A stretch of DNA of 64,000 nucleotides from Parcubacteria group bacterium Gr01-1014_13 (GTDB taxonomy: Bacteria > Patescibacteriota > Patescibacteriia > Magasanikbacterales > GWA2-37-8). Below the pieces are notes generated by a model. It was not told the origin of the DNA. It saw nothing but the letters and a program-made list of their open reading frames with translations, and made no database searches. Of this stretch, positions 27,377 to 37,549 are shown one piece after another. How positions within the stretch are numbered: position 1 is the first letter of the stretch; each line of letters opens with the position of its first letter. Made by a program: the position numbers and the translations under genes. The DNA lies in the NCBI GenBank assembly GCA_007376295.1, contig VMGB01000001.1, forward strand, positions 413,969 to 477,968. Direction: 5' to 3'.

Positions 27377-27769
27377 TTACTTTTTCTTGCATTCTACTTC
27401 AAATCGCTCTTGTAACAATTTAAAGCGTCGAGATGTATTTTTGTCGGCTAGCAGAACAGACACTCCGATTTGTTTTATTTCCAACTCACCTGGATATTCT
27501 TTACCGAATTGAGAACGGGTAAAATCTATTACCTGTCCGTCCGGAAAAATATTCCAAAGATGAACCTTCATTTTAGCGAATTTTGTCCCTTTTAGATTTA
27601 CTCCGTAAATCTTCCCGCCAAATAAACTCTGCGCCAACAGGCTGATTATGGAACTATGCCCCCAAAACGGATTTTCCTTTGTCCAGCCTTTGGGATCAAA
27701 GCTTGTATCTTTGCCGCAAATTTGCGGCGAAATTTTCCTAAACTTTTTGACTGTCATTGGGACAATCAT
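27377..27769 (-). CDS. hypothetical protein
   Basis: 130 aa ORF with no recognisable motif. Confidence 0.35.
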   Translation of the reverse strand: MIVPMTVKKFRKISPQICGKDTSFDPKGWTKENPFWGHSSIISLLAQSLFGGKIYGVNLKGTKFAKMKVHLWNIFPDGQVIDFTRSQFGKEYPGELEIKQIGVSVLLADKNTSRRFKLLQERFEVECKKK

Positions 27770-27840
27770 GATTTTCCTCCTTTATGAGAATGCCCTCGAA
27801 TCAAGTTGTCTCAATTCAAGGGCAATACGAACATTTTTTG

Positions 27841-28392
27841 CTACATCCAGAGCCATGTAGTAATTACCACCGAAATGTTGTACAAGCTGTGCGCGGCCAC
27901 ACTGGAAAAGTATGATCCAAACCGGCTCGGACCATTACGGAACCAAAGCCGAGCAAGGAACAAACCGCCAACACCCTGCAACAAAACAGAAAAGTAACCA
28001 TACCCGTGCGCCAAACCAAAAGCAATAAACGACCAACCGAGAACCACAAACAGGAATTCCGGTCTTAGCGTCCCCTCTTTATCCGAGAGAGCCCGACAAG
28101 GACCGCGGAAAATGATTTCCTCCAAGAAAGGCGCGCCAAAAATAATGATTAGCACCTGCATCACCACAAATGGCGAAGTAAGCGCCTGTCCCAGCGAAAG
28201 GCTGTGCGATTGAAGCCAATAGTTTAGGGTAGCTCCCATCACTGGCATACTAGTGCCAAAATCAACAGAGGCCAACCCAATAGCCTTGAAAAAACTAACA
28301 ACAGCTAACATGCCAAACCACATAAGGAAAACCGTAAAGCCAATTTCTCCAATTTTAGCTCCAAGAGTCTTATGTTCTGCAGATCGAAACAT
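27841..28392 (-). CDS. CPBP-family intramembrane metalloprotease (CAAX protease-like)
   Basis: 183 aa, 5 TM helices; conserved EEIIFRG and FGLAH motifs; locally elevated GC. Confidence 0.6.
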   Translation of the reverse strand: MFRSAEHKTLGAKIGEIGFTVFLMWFGMLAVVSFFKAIGLASVDFGTSMPVMGATLNYWLQSHSLSLGQALTSPFVVMQVLIIIFGAPFLEEIIFRGPCRALSDKEGTLRPEFLFVVLGWSFIAFGLAHGYGYFSVLLQGVGGLFLARLWFRNGPSRFGSYFSSVAAHSLYNISVVITTWLWM

Positions 28393-28558
28393 TATGTACC
28401 TCTTTCTGCATGATCAGAACATGCAGATTGTATTGTAACTTAAAAAGACCAAGATTCTATCTTGTCCCCTGTGGATAACTATATTCGAAATGAGTGAGTG
28501 AAATAATTTGCTTGCAAATTTATTTCCGAGCGAATGAGAATATATGCGGCGAAGCCCC

Positions 28559-29134
28559 CTATATACTGTAAGTAAACAAACTGAGGATACCAAAAACAAT
28601 GGCCAGATAAAAAGTACCTTTTGAGATCGGAAGCAAGTGCTCTATATTAAAAATAATTGATAATAAAAGAATCAATACTCCTAGCACTTGTAAAATCATT
28701 TTAATCTTCCCCCACCAATTTGCCTGCGGATGCTCCTCGCCACGCTTATACTTTAGTAATGCCGCGACAATTATAATAAATTCCAAAACTATAACCACCC
28801 AAGCTGTATAAACATCGACATACTTTAAAACTAATATATAGGCTACCGTACAAATAAGAATTTTATCAGCCAAAGGATCAAGCATTTTGCCAAGATTAGT
28901 AACTTGATTCCTGGTTCTGGCCATGGCGCCATCTAGAGCGTCAGTAAAAGAAGTGGCCAAAAATAAAAACCCTCCCCACAAGTAACTATCCCGCCAAAAA
29001 AACCAAATAACAAGCGGCGTTAAAAATATACGGCCTACAGAAACATGGTTTGGTTTTATCCACCTTGGAAACAATGGCAAAAAAACTTTAGCCAATAATT
29101 TATCCATCCAACTAATTTTTATTTCTTCTGACAT
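28559..29134 (-). CDS. pgsA: CDP-alcohol phosphatidyltransferase (CDP-diacylglycerol--glycerol-3-phosphate 3-phosphatidyltransferase-like)
   Basis: 191 aa; signature DALDGAMAR...G..LDPLADK (D-x2-DG-x2-AR...G-x3-D-x3-D). Confidence 0.75.
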   Translation of the reverse strand: MSEEIKISWMDKLLAKVFLPLFPRWIKPNHVSVGRIFLTPLVIWFFWRDSYLWGGFLFLATSFTDALDGAMARTRNQVTNLGKMLDPLADKILICTVAYILVLKYVDVYTAWVVIVLEFIIIVAALLKYKRGEEHPQANWWGKIKMILQVLGVLILLLSIIFNIEHLLPISKGTFYLAIVFGILSLFTYSI

Positions 29135-29233
29135 ATACCCTAAACTTACTAGAGGTGAAGCAAATGAAATTTTAATTTCATTTGTGAGGTTCGACGTAAT
29201 TTCAAGCTTCGCTTATATTTTACTCTATTCTGC

Positions 29234-29887
29234 TTAACTACGCAAAGAAAATGTGGCGAGATTGTTTACAGGTTTTCTTTTAAAATACCAAAATACCAAT
29301 ACACTAAGAATAGCCGCGAAAAAGCACCAGACCGAAAAAAATGTTTCATTAAAGAAATAACCAGCGATAACAAAAGCAACAAACAAAGTGATGCCAAATA
29401 TATTTATTATTTTATGTTTTGAAACAATAGCGCTTCCGCACGTTACAACTACATAGAAAGCCACTATCCAAAGCGGGTATAAATGAGGCGAAAGATAGGC
29501 AATGCTATTGTTAACAATTTGTGATGTTACCGGATCAGCAAGAATAAAATAAAGCAAATACATTCCCACCGCCAAACCAACTACAAAAAACAAATATAAG
29601 ATCTTTTTTCGCAGACGATCTGTCTCTAATAATAAAATAGAAAAGGGAATAAAAATCGGCCACAATACATGAGAAAATATCGAATAAGCGTAAGTCATTG
29701 CCGTGTTAAGTAAAGGCGAACCAAAAGAAAGCCATATTACCCCTTCGATAATTTGTTGAATTCCAAACAAAAGCGGGATTGCGGCAAAAGGAATCTCCGC
29801 CTTTCCTTTTGCCTTTGTTATGGTTGCCACTCCAACTGCCGATAACGCGGAGCCAGCTACAAAACTGGCTGTGGCCGAAAAACACAT
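29234..29887 (-). CDS. hypothetical polytopic membrane protein
   Basis: 217 aa with ~7 predicted TM helices and no recognisable motif. Confidence 0.4.
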   Translation of the reverse strand: MCFSATASFVAGSALSAVGVATITKAKGKAEIPFAAIPLLFGIQQIIEGVIWLSFGSPLLNTAMTYAYSIFSHVLWPIFIPFSILLLETDRLRKKILYLFFVVGLAVGMYLLYFILADPVTSQIVNNSIAYLSPHLYPLWIVAFYVVVTCGSAIVSKHKIINIFGITLFVAFVIAGYFFNETFFSVWCFFAAILSVLVFWYFKRKPVNNLATFSLRS

Positions 29888-29924
29888 AATTACTTTTTAA
29901 CTGTGATTCAACCCGTTTTAATGC

Positions 29925-30185
29925 TTAGTTTTGCTTCAAGCTGGCATTGTGCATCCAAGCGATATACGCTCCGCCCAAACCTGACCAAGCTGCTACCGAA
30001 ATAGCACCCAACAGCCAGCTACCAAAATTCATTCCTGAAAATCCGAGAAGTAATTGAAATAAATTCAAGTGCAGTTCGGCCGCTTTACTGGTAAGGAATA
30101 TTCCATAAACCATACAGATCGTATACGCGATTTCTCCGCCAAGTACGCAAAGTTTGGCATATTTACCAAGAGATACTTTTCCCAT
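29925..30185 (-). CDS. hypothetical small membrane protein
   Basis: 86 aa with 2-3 TM helices. Confidence 0.35.
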   Translation of the reverse strand: MGKVSLGKYAKLCVLGGEIAYTICMVYGIFLTSKAAELHLNLFQLLLGFSGMNFGSWLLGAISVAAWSGLGGAYIAWMHNASLKQN

Positions 30186-30321
30186 ATTTTTAAATACTTA
30201 AAAAAAATAGACTATTTACACTGTCCTATCTTTTAGCTTGTTAGCATGTTTACCTCCTTTCCTTTATAGCCGCTCTCTAATCTATATAGCATACCACTAT
30301 TCCGCATTTATATAAAATATG

Positions 30322-32559
30322 TCAGATAATATTTTTGCGCTTAAGCAAAAGGGAGTTAGCAACCACCGAAATGGAGCTGGTGGCCATGGCCACCGAAGCA
30401 AAAATCGGACTAAGCAGAAGTTGGAAGAATGGATACAGCACGCCCATGGCTACCGGAATAAGAATGATATTATAGGCAAATGCCCAAAACAGATTCATTT
30501 TAATCGTGCGCATAGTTTTTTTGGAAAGCACAACTGCGGCGGCCACCGAACGCAAATCTTTGTTAATCAAGGTTATATCGGCCGCTTCTATGGCCACATC
30601 AGTCCCGCTGCCCATAGCAATACCCACATCAGCTGCAGCCAGAGCCGGAGCGTCATTGATACCATCACCCACCATAGCGACCACCTTGCCTTCAGCCTGA
30701 ATTTTTTTCACTTCCGCTTCTTTTTGATCGGGTAGCACTTCGGCCAATACCCGCGTAATACCCAACTTTGCGCCAATAGCGGCGGCTGTGCGCTGATTAT
30801 CTCCAGTAATCATAACCACTTCAATCCCTAATGCTTTGAGAGCAGCCAGCCCATCTTTGGCAGTATCTTTAATAATATCAGCCACAGCAATCAGACCGGA
30901 CAATGCTCCATTAGCGGCTAACATCATTACAGTTTTACCGTCATTTTCTAATTTAATAATTTGATTATTCTGCTCATCTGTAATCGTAACTTTTTCCCGT
31001 TCCATCAACCGACGGTTGCCAAAAAAAATTTTCACACCATCAACATTGCCCTCAACGCCATGGCCGGGGATAGCCTGGAAACTTTCAGCCTTGCTAATAG
31101 CGATTTTTTCTTCTTCCGCCTTCTTAACAATCGCTTCGGCCAGTGAATGTTCTGATCCTTTTTCAATAGATGCGGCCAGACGCAACAGCTCTTCGCTCTT
31201 TAGATGATTTACCGAAATAATATCTGTTACTTCGGGCTTGCCAACTGTAAGTGTGCCGGTTTTATCAAAAACAATCGTATTAATTTTGTGGGCTGTTTCC
31301 AAACTTTCGGCGTCTTTAATCAAAATGCCGTGTTCCGCGCCTTTGCCGGTTCCGACCATAATGGCCGTGGGCGTAGCCAAACCCATGGCGCATGGACAAG
31401 CGATGATAAGCACCGCCACGGTATTTAAAATAGCAAACAAAAGCGCTCTGTCGGCCGGACCAAAATTGTACCAAACCACAAACGTGGCCACAGCCAGCAT
31501 AATAACAATTGGCACAAAATATGAAGAAATGAGATCAGCGATGCGCTGAATAGGCGCTTTGCTGCCCTGCGCTTCTTGCACGAGTTTGATAATCTGAGCC
31601 AGCATGGTCTCCTGACCAACTTTTGTCGCTTTAAATATAAAACTACCAGTCTTATTCATTGTCGCCCCTACAACAACATCGTCTTTGGTTTTATCGGCAG
31701 GCATACTTTCTCCTGTGACCATTGATTCATCTATGCTTGATTCACCCTCGACAATAATGCCATCTACGGGAATTTTTTCACCAGGACGGACACGAATGTG
31801 ATCGCCAATTTCTACTTCATTGATTGGCAAATCGATTTCTTTGCCATCACGCACCACGCGCGCGGTTTTAGCTTGTAGACCAATTAATTTTTTAATAGCT
31901 TCCGACGTACCAGCTTTGGCTTTAGCTTCAAAATAACGGCCAAGTAAAATTAGGCCGATAATAATCGTACTTACATCAAAATACGGCATCGGTTCAATAC
32001 CAGCCCTTTCCACCACAGAAGGCATAATAGTTACAAATGCCGAATAACCAAACGCTACAGTCGTGCCCATTGCCACCAGTGTATCCATGTTGGCGCTGCG
32101 ATGTTTGAGCGCCGAAAGAGTGGCGCGATAAAACCCAAACCCAGCCCAGAACTGTACCGGCGCGGCCAAAAATAACTGAACCCAAAAATTTTGTAAAAAC
32201 ATTGGCGCGGATTTCATCAGACCGGGAAAACTTCCCCAAAGTATCAGACCGCCCAATACCAGACTAACAATGACTTTAACGCGCAAATCCTTAAGTTCTT
32301 TCTGCTTTTCTTTTTGCTCTCCATCTTCTGATTTCAACTCCTCGCCGATCATCGCTTGATAACCGACATTGGATACAGCTGACTCTAAATGTTTATCCGT
32401 GACTTTTTGCGGATCATACGAAACAGTGGCTTTCTCGGTTGCCAGATTCACATTTGCCTGGCTGACGCCATCTATTTGTTTCAGCGCCCTTTCCAGCATA
32501 GTAACGCACGAGGCGCAATGCATGCCTTTAATGGAAAACGTTTTTTTAGATTCAGACAT
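30322..32559 (-). CDS. copA: copper-translocating P1B-type ATPase
   Basis: 745 aa; N-terminal HMA domain [13 protein letters not shown] motif ([13 protein letters not shown]), phosphorylation site DKTGTLT, and GDGINDAP. Confidence 0.9.
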   Translation of the reverse strand: MSESKKTFSIKGMHCASCVTMLERALKQIDGVSQANVNLATEKATVSYDPQKVTDKHLESAVSNVGYQAMIGEELKSEDGEQKEKQKELKDLRVKVIVSLVLGGLILWGSFPGLMKSAPMFLQNFWVQLFLAAPVQFWAGFGFYRATLSALKHRSANMDTLVAMGTTVAFGYSAFVTIMPSVVERAGIEPMPYFDVSTIIIGLILLGRYFEAKAKAGTSEAIKKLIGLQAKTARVVRDGKEIDLPINEVEIGDHIRVRPGEKIPVDGIIVEGESSIDESMVTGESMPADKTKDDVVVGATMNKTGSFIFKATKVGQETMLAQIIKLVQEAQGSKAPIQRIADLISSYFVPIVIMLAVATFVVWYNFGPADRALLFAILNTVAVLIIACPCAMGLATPTAIMVGTGKGAEHGILIKDAESLETAHKINTIVFDKTGTLTVGKPEVTDIISVNHLKSEELLRLAASIEKGSEHSLAEAIVKKAEEEKIAISKAESFQAIPGHGVEGNVDGVKIFFGNRRLMEREKVTITDEQNNQIIKLENDGKTVMMLAANGALSGLIAVADIIKDTAKDGLAALKALGIEVVMITGDNQRTAAAIGAKLGITRVLAEVLPDQKEAEVKKIQAEGKVVAMVGDGINDAPALAAADVGIAMGSGTDVAIEAADITLINKDLRSVAAAVVLSKKTMRTIKMNLFWAFAYNIILIPVAMGVLYPFFQLLLSPIFASVAMATSSISVVANSLLLKRKNII

Positions 32560-32568
32560 ATTATTTTA

Positions 32569-32928
32569 TTATTTAACAATCAACTTTCCATGAAACATAT
32601 TCATGCCGCAGACAAATTCATATTCCCCCGCTTTTTCCGGCTTTATTTCCACAGAAACAGTTTGATTTAACGGCAAAAATTTACGGATTTTAAATTCCGG
32701 CACGACTACTTCTTCCAAACAACTCGACGGGTCTTTGCGGGTAAACCGCAATGTAGTAGTTTTGCCTTTGGCAATAACGATTGTGTTTGGCGAATAGCCG
32801 CCTTCAACTGTTATATCCACCAAATCACCGGCAGTAACCGTTTTTTCTTTTTTCATCAAAAAGAACCAATAAATAAAACCCATCACACCGATACCGATAA
32901 TTGTGACAATAATATTGTCTAGTTGCAT
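32569..32928 (-). CDS. membrane-anchored cupredoxin-like domain protein
   Basis: 119 aa; N-terminal TM helix and the C-terminal motif YEFVCGMNMFHGKLIVK (Cys/Met/His copper-site-like). Confidence 0.5.
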   Translation of the reverse strand: MQLDNIIVTIIGIGVMGFIYWFFLMKKEKTVTAGDLVDITVEGGYSPNTIVIAKGKTTTLRFTRKDPSSCLEEVVVPEFKIRKFLPLNQTVSVEIKPEKAGEYEFVCGMNMFHGKLIVK

Positions 32929-32952
32929 AAAATAAATAAATAAATTAACTAA

Positions 32953-34272
32953 CTAATCTGTTACGATAAATTTGCCGCGGTACATACCCATAGAACAAGA
33001 AAAAGGAATTTCGCCAACTTGGGTGGGTGTAAAAGTAATAATATTTTCTCCAGCGCGGAGTGATTTGCTTATGCCATACTTTGGCACCACCAAATACGCG
33101 GTGCAATGCAAAGAGGTCTCAGAAGTAATTATCCATTTCACTGGCTGTCCTTTTTTAATAGTAAATATATTTGGTGAATACCCTGTACGCCCTTGCATCA
33201 TCCGCACTTCTTGGGCATTTTGTTCTACAACTGCGACGGCTTTGGTGTCGGCGCGACGGCCAAACAACCGACTACCATTAGCAATGTTTGCCCAGCCCAA
33301 AAGAATTACTGTCAATCCGGCGGTCATAAAAAATATCCGGGCCTTACGGCCTTTGAATATAGAAGTCAAACCACCAATACCCAGCAATCCAGGTGCGGTG
33401 CCAATCGCAAATAGCCCCATAATTACGGTGCCTTGCCAAAAACTGCCTGTAGATACCGCATACAGTTGCATAGCTTGGGTAAAACCGCAGGGCAAGAAAA
33501 ATGTTAACGCTCCTACTACTATCGCGCCTTTATGACTATATTCTTTTACTTCTTTTTTTAAACCAAAAAATCTGGCAATGCCAGACGGCAAAGTAATGCT
33601 TTTGTCGCGCAGAGCGGGAAAAATTTCTATAAGTTTTAAACCAAAAAATACCATTACAAAACCAATTAGTACAGTGAGAAATCCAAGTAAATTATTTGAT
33701 GGTTTGAAAGCCTGGCCGATAAGACCAATAAGACCGCCCAAAAAAGCAAAGCCCAAAATGCGGCCAATATTAAAATATATATGTGGACGAAATTTTTGCA
33801 GCGACGTAGCTTCCGGGTGCTGTTCGGCATGACGCGCCGACAGACTAAGCACCAAACCACCGATTAATGCCATACAAGTGGATACCCCGGCCACCAATCC
33901 CACCAAAAACGCCACAGCTACACCGGAATTTGGGGCATTGATACCCAGATCAAACATGTTGAACCATCTGGTGAGTAAATAAACTACAAAAAAAATACCA
34001 GCCGCCAGAGCCAGATCTTTGTAGTCCGCAGGATTGCGGGAAATCCAAGGTAATTTTTCTTTTTGCCCAACTTCGTAGCCGGCTGCTTGCACGGCTTTGG
34101 CTATATCCGAATCATTTATCTGGGCTGTACTCGAAAACTCAATTATAGCCAATGCTTTTTTCTGATTAGCATAGACGCTAAATACACCGGGGATTTTTTT
34201 TAATTCTTCTCCGATAAGTATTTCACATGCAGTACAATGCATGCCGCGGATAGGAATTATTTTTTTGTTCAT
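32953..34272 (-). CDS. HMA-domain / polytopic permease / cupredoxin-like three-domain membrane protein
   Basis: 439 aa; N-terminal GMHCTACE HMA metal-binding motif, ~8 TM helices, and the C-terminal motif IPFSCSMGMYRGKFIVTD paralogous to the upstream cupredoxin-like gene. Confidence 0.55.
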   Translation of the reverse strand: MNKKIIPIRGMHCTACEILIGEELKKIPGVFSVYANQKKALAIIEFSSTAQINDSDIAKAVQAAGYEVGQKEKLPWISRNPADYKDLALAAGIFFVVYLLTRWFNMFDLGINAPNSGVAVAFLVGLVAGVSTCMALIGGLVLSLSARHAEQHPEATSLQKFRPHIYFNIGRILGFAFLGGLIGLIGQAFKPSNNLLGFLTVLIGFVMVFFGLKLIEIFPALRDKSITLPSGIARFFGLKKEVKEYSHKGAIVVGALTFFLPCGFTQAMQLYAVSTGSFWQGTVIMGLFAIGTAPGLLGIGGLTSIFKGRKARIFFMTAGLTVILLGWANIANGSRLFGRRADTKAVAVVEQNAQEVRMMQGRTGYSPNIFTIKKGQPVKWIITSETSLHCTAYLVVPKYGISKSLRAGENIITFTPTQVGEIPFSCSMGMYRGKFIVTD

Positions 34273-34279
34273 ACAAAAA

Positions 34280-34573
34280 TCAATTATCTTTTTTGGATAA
34301 TTTATACACCTTCATTACTTCACCAACAGCTTTGGCATGTTGGCCTGATTTTATTTGATTTACTACACAAGTAGACAAATGACTTTCGAGTAATGCGTCT
34401 TCAAAACTGGAAACAGCTTTTTTTACGGCGCTGGCTTGGGTAATAACATCCACGCAATAAGTGCCATTTTCGAGCATCGCCTGTAAACCGCGAATCTGCC
34501 CTTCAATTATTTTTAGGCGTTTGAGAAGTTTGTTTTTTAACGGAGATTTTGACATACATTTTATTTGTACCAA
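34280..34573 (-). CDS. csoR: CsoR/RcnR-family metal-sensing transcriptional repressor
   Basis: ~91-97 aa (likely start MSKSPLKNK); conserved LKRLKIIEGQIRGLQAML...YCVDVITQ...A..HL..C motif with a Cu(I)-ligand C-H-C arrangement. Confidence 0.75.
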   Translation of the reverse strand: MVQIKCMSKSPLKNKLLKRLKIIEGQIRGLQAMLENGTYCVDVITQASAVKKAVSSFEDALLESHLSTCVVNQIKSGQHAKAVGEVMKVYKLSKKDN

Positions 34574-35172
34574 TTCTTATACCAATCTTGCATTTCCTTT
34601 ATTTCTTTTAACTGTGATTGAATAATATCGTCTGCGAGAGACGACATCTCTGGTCTATTAGTGCCAGACTTCAACATTTGCGCCATCATTATAGCCAATT
34701 GATGATGCGGGATCATAGCTTCAATAAATGCTTTATCAAAATCAGCTGAGGCTTCTAGTATTTTTATATCTTCTTGTCCTCCCATATGCATTCCTCCTTG
34801 AGACATCATGCCCCCCATCATTACATAGGCTTTATCCGAGACATCCTTTCCGAACCAGTCTTTATACCAAATTCTCATATCTTTAATTTCTTTGGACTGC
34901 GCTTCTATAATCGCATTCGCTAGCGTTTTAATTTCCTGACGTTGTGATTTTTGGATAGCAAGATTTGCCATAGCAATTGCCCCATCATGATGCGGTATCA
35001 TCTGCTCAATAAAATGGCGGTCGATTGAACCCATACCCGCTGGCCATTGGCCTGGCGCTAAGCCAGTCCTCCAAGGCATCATTGAACCGAACCACAACAT
35101 CGGACTTAATAATAAGGTAATGATTACCCCGACTAATATCCCCCCAATTCCAAATAAAATTTTATTGTTCAT
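34561..35172 (-). CDS. DUF305-family protein (copper-resistance associated), signal-anchored
   Basis: 203 aa; duplicated MIPHHxxAIxMA motifs (MIPHHDGAIAMA, MIPHHQLAIMMA) and an N-terminal TM helix. Confidence 0.7.
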   Translation of the reverse strand: MNNKILFGIGGILVGVIITLLLSPMLWFGSMMPWRTGLAPGQWPAGMGSIDRHFIEQMIPHHDGAIAMANLAIQKSQRQEIKTLANAIIEAQSKEIKDMRIWYKDWFGKDVSDKAYVMMGGMMSQGGMHMGGQEDIKILEASADFDKAFIEAMIPHHQLAIMMAQMLKSGTNRPEMSSLADDIIQSQLKEIKEMQDWYKNWYK

Positions 35173-35205
35173 ATTTTTTAAATTATTTTTTATGGAATAA
35201 TTTAT

Positions 35206-35234
35206 ATTATACCCCCATGGGGTATTGGTGGCAA
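35206..35234 (-). promoter_or_regulatory. promoter TTGCCA-N17-TATAAT with CsoR-type operator palindrome (TACCCCCATGGGGTA, 35210-35224) in the spacer
   Basis: Minus strand reads cTTGCCAccaataccccatggggg TATAAT ataaat. The 10-bp perfect palindrome CCCCATGGGG is flanked by TA/TA and sits immediately upstream of the DUF305-csoR-HMA-cupredoxin-copA operon. Confidence 0.5.
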
Positions 35235-35284
35235 GAGCGGGTTATGCACAGATAAAATAAAAAAGACCCTTAACAGATCCCAGC

Positions 35285-35372
35285 TGGCGGAGAGGGAGGG
35301 AGTCGAACCCTCGATACATTTCTGTATACACGCTTTCCAAGCGTGCGCACTAGGCCACTATGCGACCTCTCC
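35285..35372 (-). tRNA. tRNA-Ser (anticodon GGA), CCA encoded
   Basis: The reverse complement reads GGAGAGG TC GCAT AGTGGCCTAGT GCGC A CGCTT GGAAAGC GTG + long variable arm TATACAGAAATGTATC + GAGGG TTCGACT CCCTC CCTCTCC G CCA. Confidence 0.8.
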
Positions 35373-36149
35373 GTTTGTTCGCTTCATCTTACTCAAAACC
35401 AACACCGAAGTCAACCCAACCAACACTGCCAACATCCCCCACTGTGCCGGCGTTAGAGCTGAATAACGCACATCGCCCCCCGGAAAGTCCGGTGTAGCGC
35501 GCAAAAAATCCAAGAAAAATCTGGCAACTGCATAACTCGCCACCGAATATCCAGCCACCAATCCAAAACGGATTTTAATTAATTTTTTAAATAAAAGATA
35601 AAAAGTAATAAAAAGAATAAAGCCTAAAATAGATTCCATTAAACCAAGATCAAACCTGGCTCCATCAGGAAATTTTACCCCTAAAATAAAATGCGTGAGG
35701 GTACCTGGATGATCATGAATTAAAAAACAGCCGATTCGCCCTATTCCCCAACCCAACCAAAAACCCAAAGCGCCGATATCAAAATAAGGCAATAATTCTT
35801 TGAATGTAAAGTGTCTTTTTTTAGCAAACAACCACAAACTTAAGCCCGCGCCGACAAACCCGCCCAGTGATGATGCGCCGCCATGCCAAAGTTTGATTGT
35901 TTCCATTGGATTGGCAACAAAATAAGCTGGATTATAAAATACAACATAAAAAACACGCGCCATTATAAACGCGCCGACAAGAGCCCATATCCCCATATCT
36001 AAAATCACTTCGCCGGAAAGTAGATATTTTTTAGAAAGAAAATAAGCAAAAGTTATGCCCGCGATAATTCCCAAAGCTACCAAAAGACCCCAAACGTGAA
36101 TAACGACAGGGCCAAGATGGATAAAATCGAATTGAAAAAAAGGAATCAT
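35358..36149 (-). CDS. lgt: phosphatidylglycerol--prolipoprotein diacylglyceryl transferase
   Basis: 263 aa; Lgt signature G(R/W)GIGRIGCFLIHDHPG and the membrane topology. The stop codon TAG lies inside the first 15 nt of tRNA-Ser on the same strand. Confidence 0.8.
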   Translation of the reverse strand: MIPFFQFDFIHLGPVVIHVWGLLVALGIIAGITFAYFLSKKYLLSGEVILDMGIWALVGAFIMARVFYVVFYNPAYFVANPMETIKLWHGGASSLGGFVGAGLSLWLFAKKRHFTFKELLPYFDIGALGFWLGWGIGRIGCFLIHDHPGTLTHFILGVKFPDGARFDLGLMESILGFILFITFYLLFKKLIKIRFGLVAGYSVASYAVARFFLDFLRATPDFPGGDVRYSALTPAQWGMLAVLVGLTSVLVLSKMKRTNGEVA

Positions 36150-37546
36150 TTTTTTAAATAAGGCAAAATATCTTTCGGATCATTAATAACCTTCAAAAAA
36201 TCTTCGTCTATTTGACTAATAGTTTTAAATTCGTAGCTCATACTATGAATTATATCGAGCAACGGCTTCCAGAATTCCCGACCATAAAGTATGGTTGGTA
36301 TTGGTTCAATTTTTTTCGTTTCCTGCAAGGTAAGCATTTCAAACAATTGATGCAAAGTGCCAAACCCGCCCGGGAAATAAATGAAGGCTTTCGCCGGTGA
36401 AGTAATGATTAACTTGCGCACGAATGGAAAAAAGAAACCAAGGGATTTGGTAATATAATTATTTACCCTCTCCCCTTTTTCAACACGCATATTTATTCCT
36501 ACACTCACTCCGCCTTTTTCAAAAGCGCCTTTGTTGGCCGCTTCCATGATTCCTGGGCCGCCGCCGGTAACTATGGTAAATTGATTTTCCGCCAACAATT
36601 GCCCGACTTCATATGCGGCGTTGTAATAAGACGTGCCGGGCAGCAAACTTTTTGTTCCTAAAACCGTAACGCTGTTGGAAATTTTTGTCAAAAATTCAAA
36701 ACCATCTACCAGCTCGGCCATTATTCTAAATATGCTCCAATCCAACCCGCCTTCACAATACAAATCAGTTGATCCTGGCTCACAAACATGCGGTCTGTCC
36801 GAAGTGTCTTTTATAAATTCAAACGCTTCTTTCGCGGTTTCCACAACCTGCCATCTATTTATTTCTTCTTCATCAACTGAATGAACGTCTCGCGCGGATT
36901 TGGCTTTTAAAAAACTAACGATTGGCCCCCAAAACTCTTTGCCTACCAAAATCACCGGAACTTTTGGTATGTGGCCATTTTCCATGTTGTCTACGACTTC
37001 AAAAAATTCATCCAGAGTACCAAAACCACCGGGGAAAAATACAAAAGCGTTGGCCGGAGAAGTAAGCATTACTTTGCGGCTGAAAAAATAATAAAAAGCG
37101 GTTGATTTATTTACATAAGGATTAACACGTTGTTCCCTGGGAAGCTGAATATTTAACCCGACTGAAACTCCACCGCCTTCAAACGCGCCCTTGTTGGCCG
37201 CTTCCATAATTCCCGGGCCGCCGCCGGTAATCGTAGCAAAACCATTTTTACCTAATAAATATCCCAAATCTTCCGCTATTTTATAATATTTATTATTGCT
37301 TGGAATTCGCGCCGAACCCAAAATAGTAACTTCTTTTTTTAAATCAGCTAAAAATTGATAACCTTCCACGAACTCGGTAATAATCCTAAAAATTCTCCAA
37401 CTGTCGCGATAATTTACCACTGCGCCGGCGCTGGCGGCAATCGCTGGTGATGCTTCCGTGTCTGTTGCAGGTTTGATTATATCTTCTACCTTAACCGGAT
37501 CTGCTTTTGGCAGGGTGGAATTTTTTAAATTTGAAGCTTTAGGCAT
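36146..37546 (-). CDS. tandem-duplicated LOG-family (TIGR00730, lysine-decarboxylase-like) Rossmann protein
   Basis: 466 aa containing two complete LOG modules: TGGGPGIMEAANKGAFEGGG...FFPGGFGTLDEFFE and TGGGPGIMEAANKGAFEKGG...YFPGGFGTLHQLFE. Confidence 0.7.
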   Translation of the reverse strand: MPKASNLKNSTLPKADPVKVEDIIKPATDTEASPAIAASAGAVVNYRDSWRIFRIITEFVEGYQFLADLKKEVTILGSARIPSNNKYYKIAEDLGYLLGKNGFATITGGGPGIMEAANKGAFEGGGVSVGLNIQLPREQRVNPYVNKSTAFYYFFSRKVMLTSPANAFVFFPGGFGTLDEFFEVVDNMENGHIPKVPVILVGKEFWGPIVSFLKAKSARDVHSVDEEEINRWQVVETAKEAFEFIKDTSDRPHVCEPGSTDLYCEGGLDWSIFRIMAELVDGFEFLTKISNSVTVLGTKSLLPGTSYYNAAYEVGQLLAENQFTIVTGGGPGIMEAANKGAFEKGGVSVGINMRVEKGERVNNYITKSLGFFFPFVRKLIITSPAKAFIYFPGGFGTLHQLFEMLTLQETKKIEPIPTILYGREFWKPLLDIIHSMSYEFKTISQIDEDFLKVINDPKDILPYLKK

Positions 37547-37549
37547 ATT

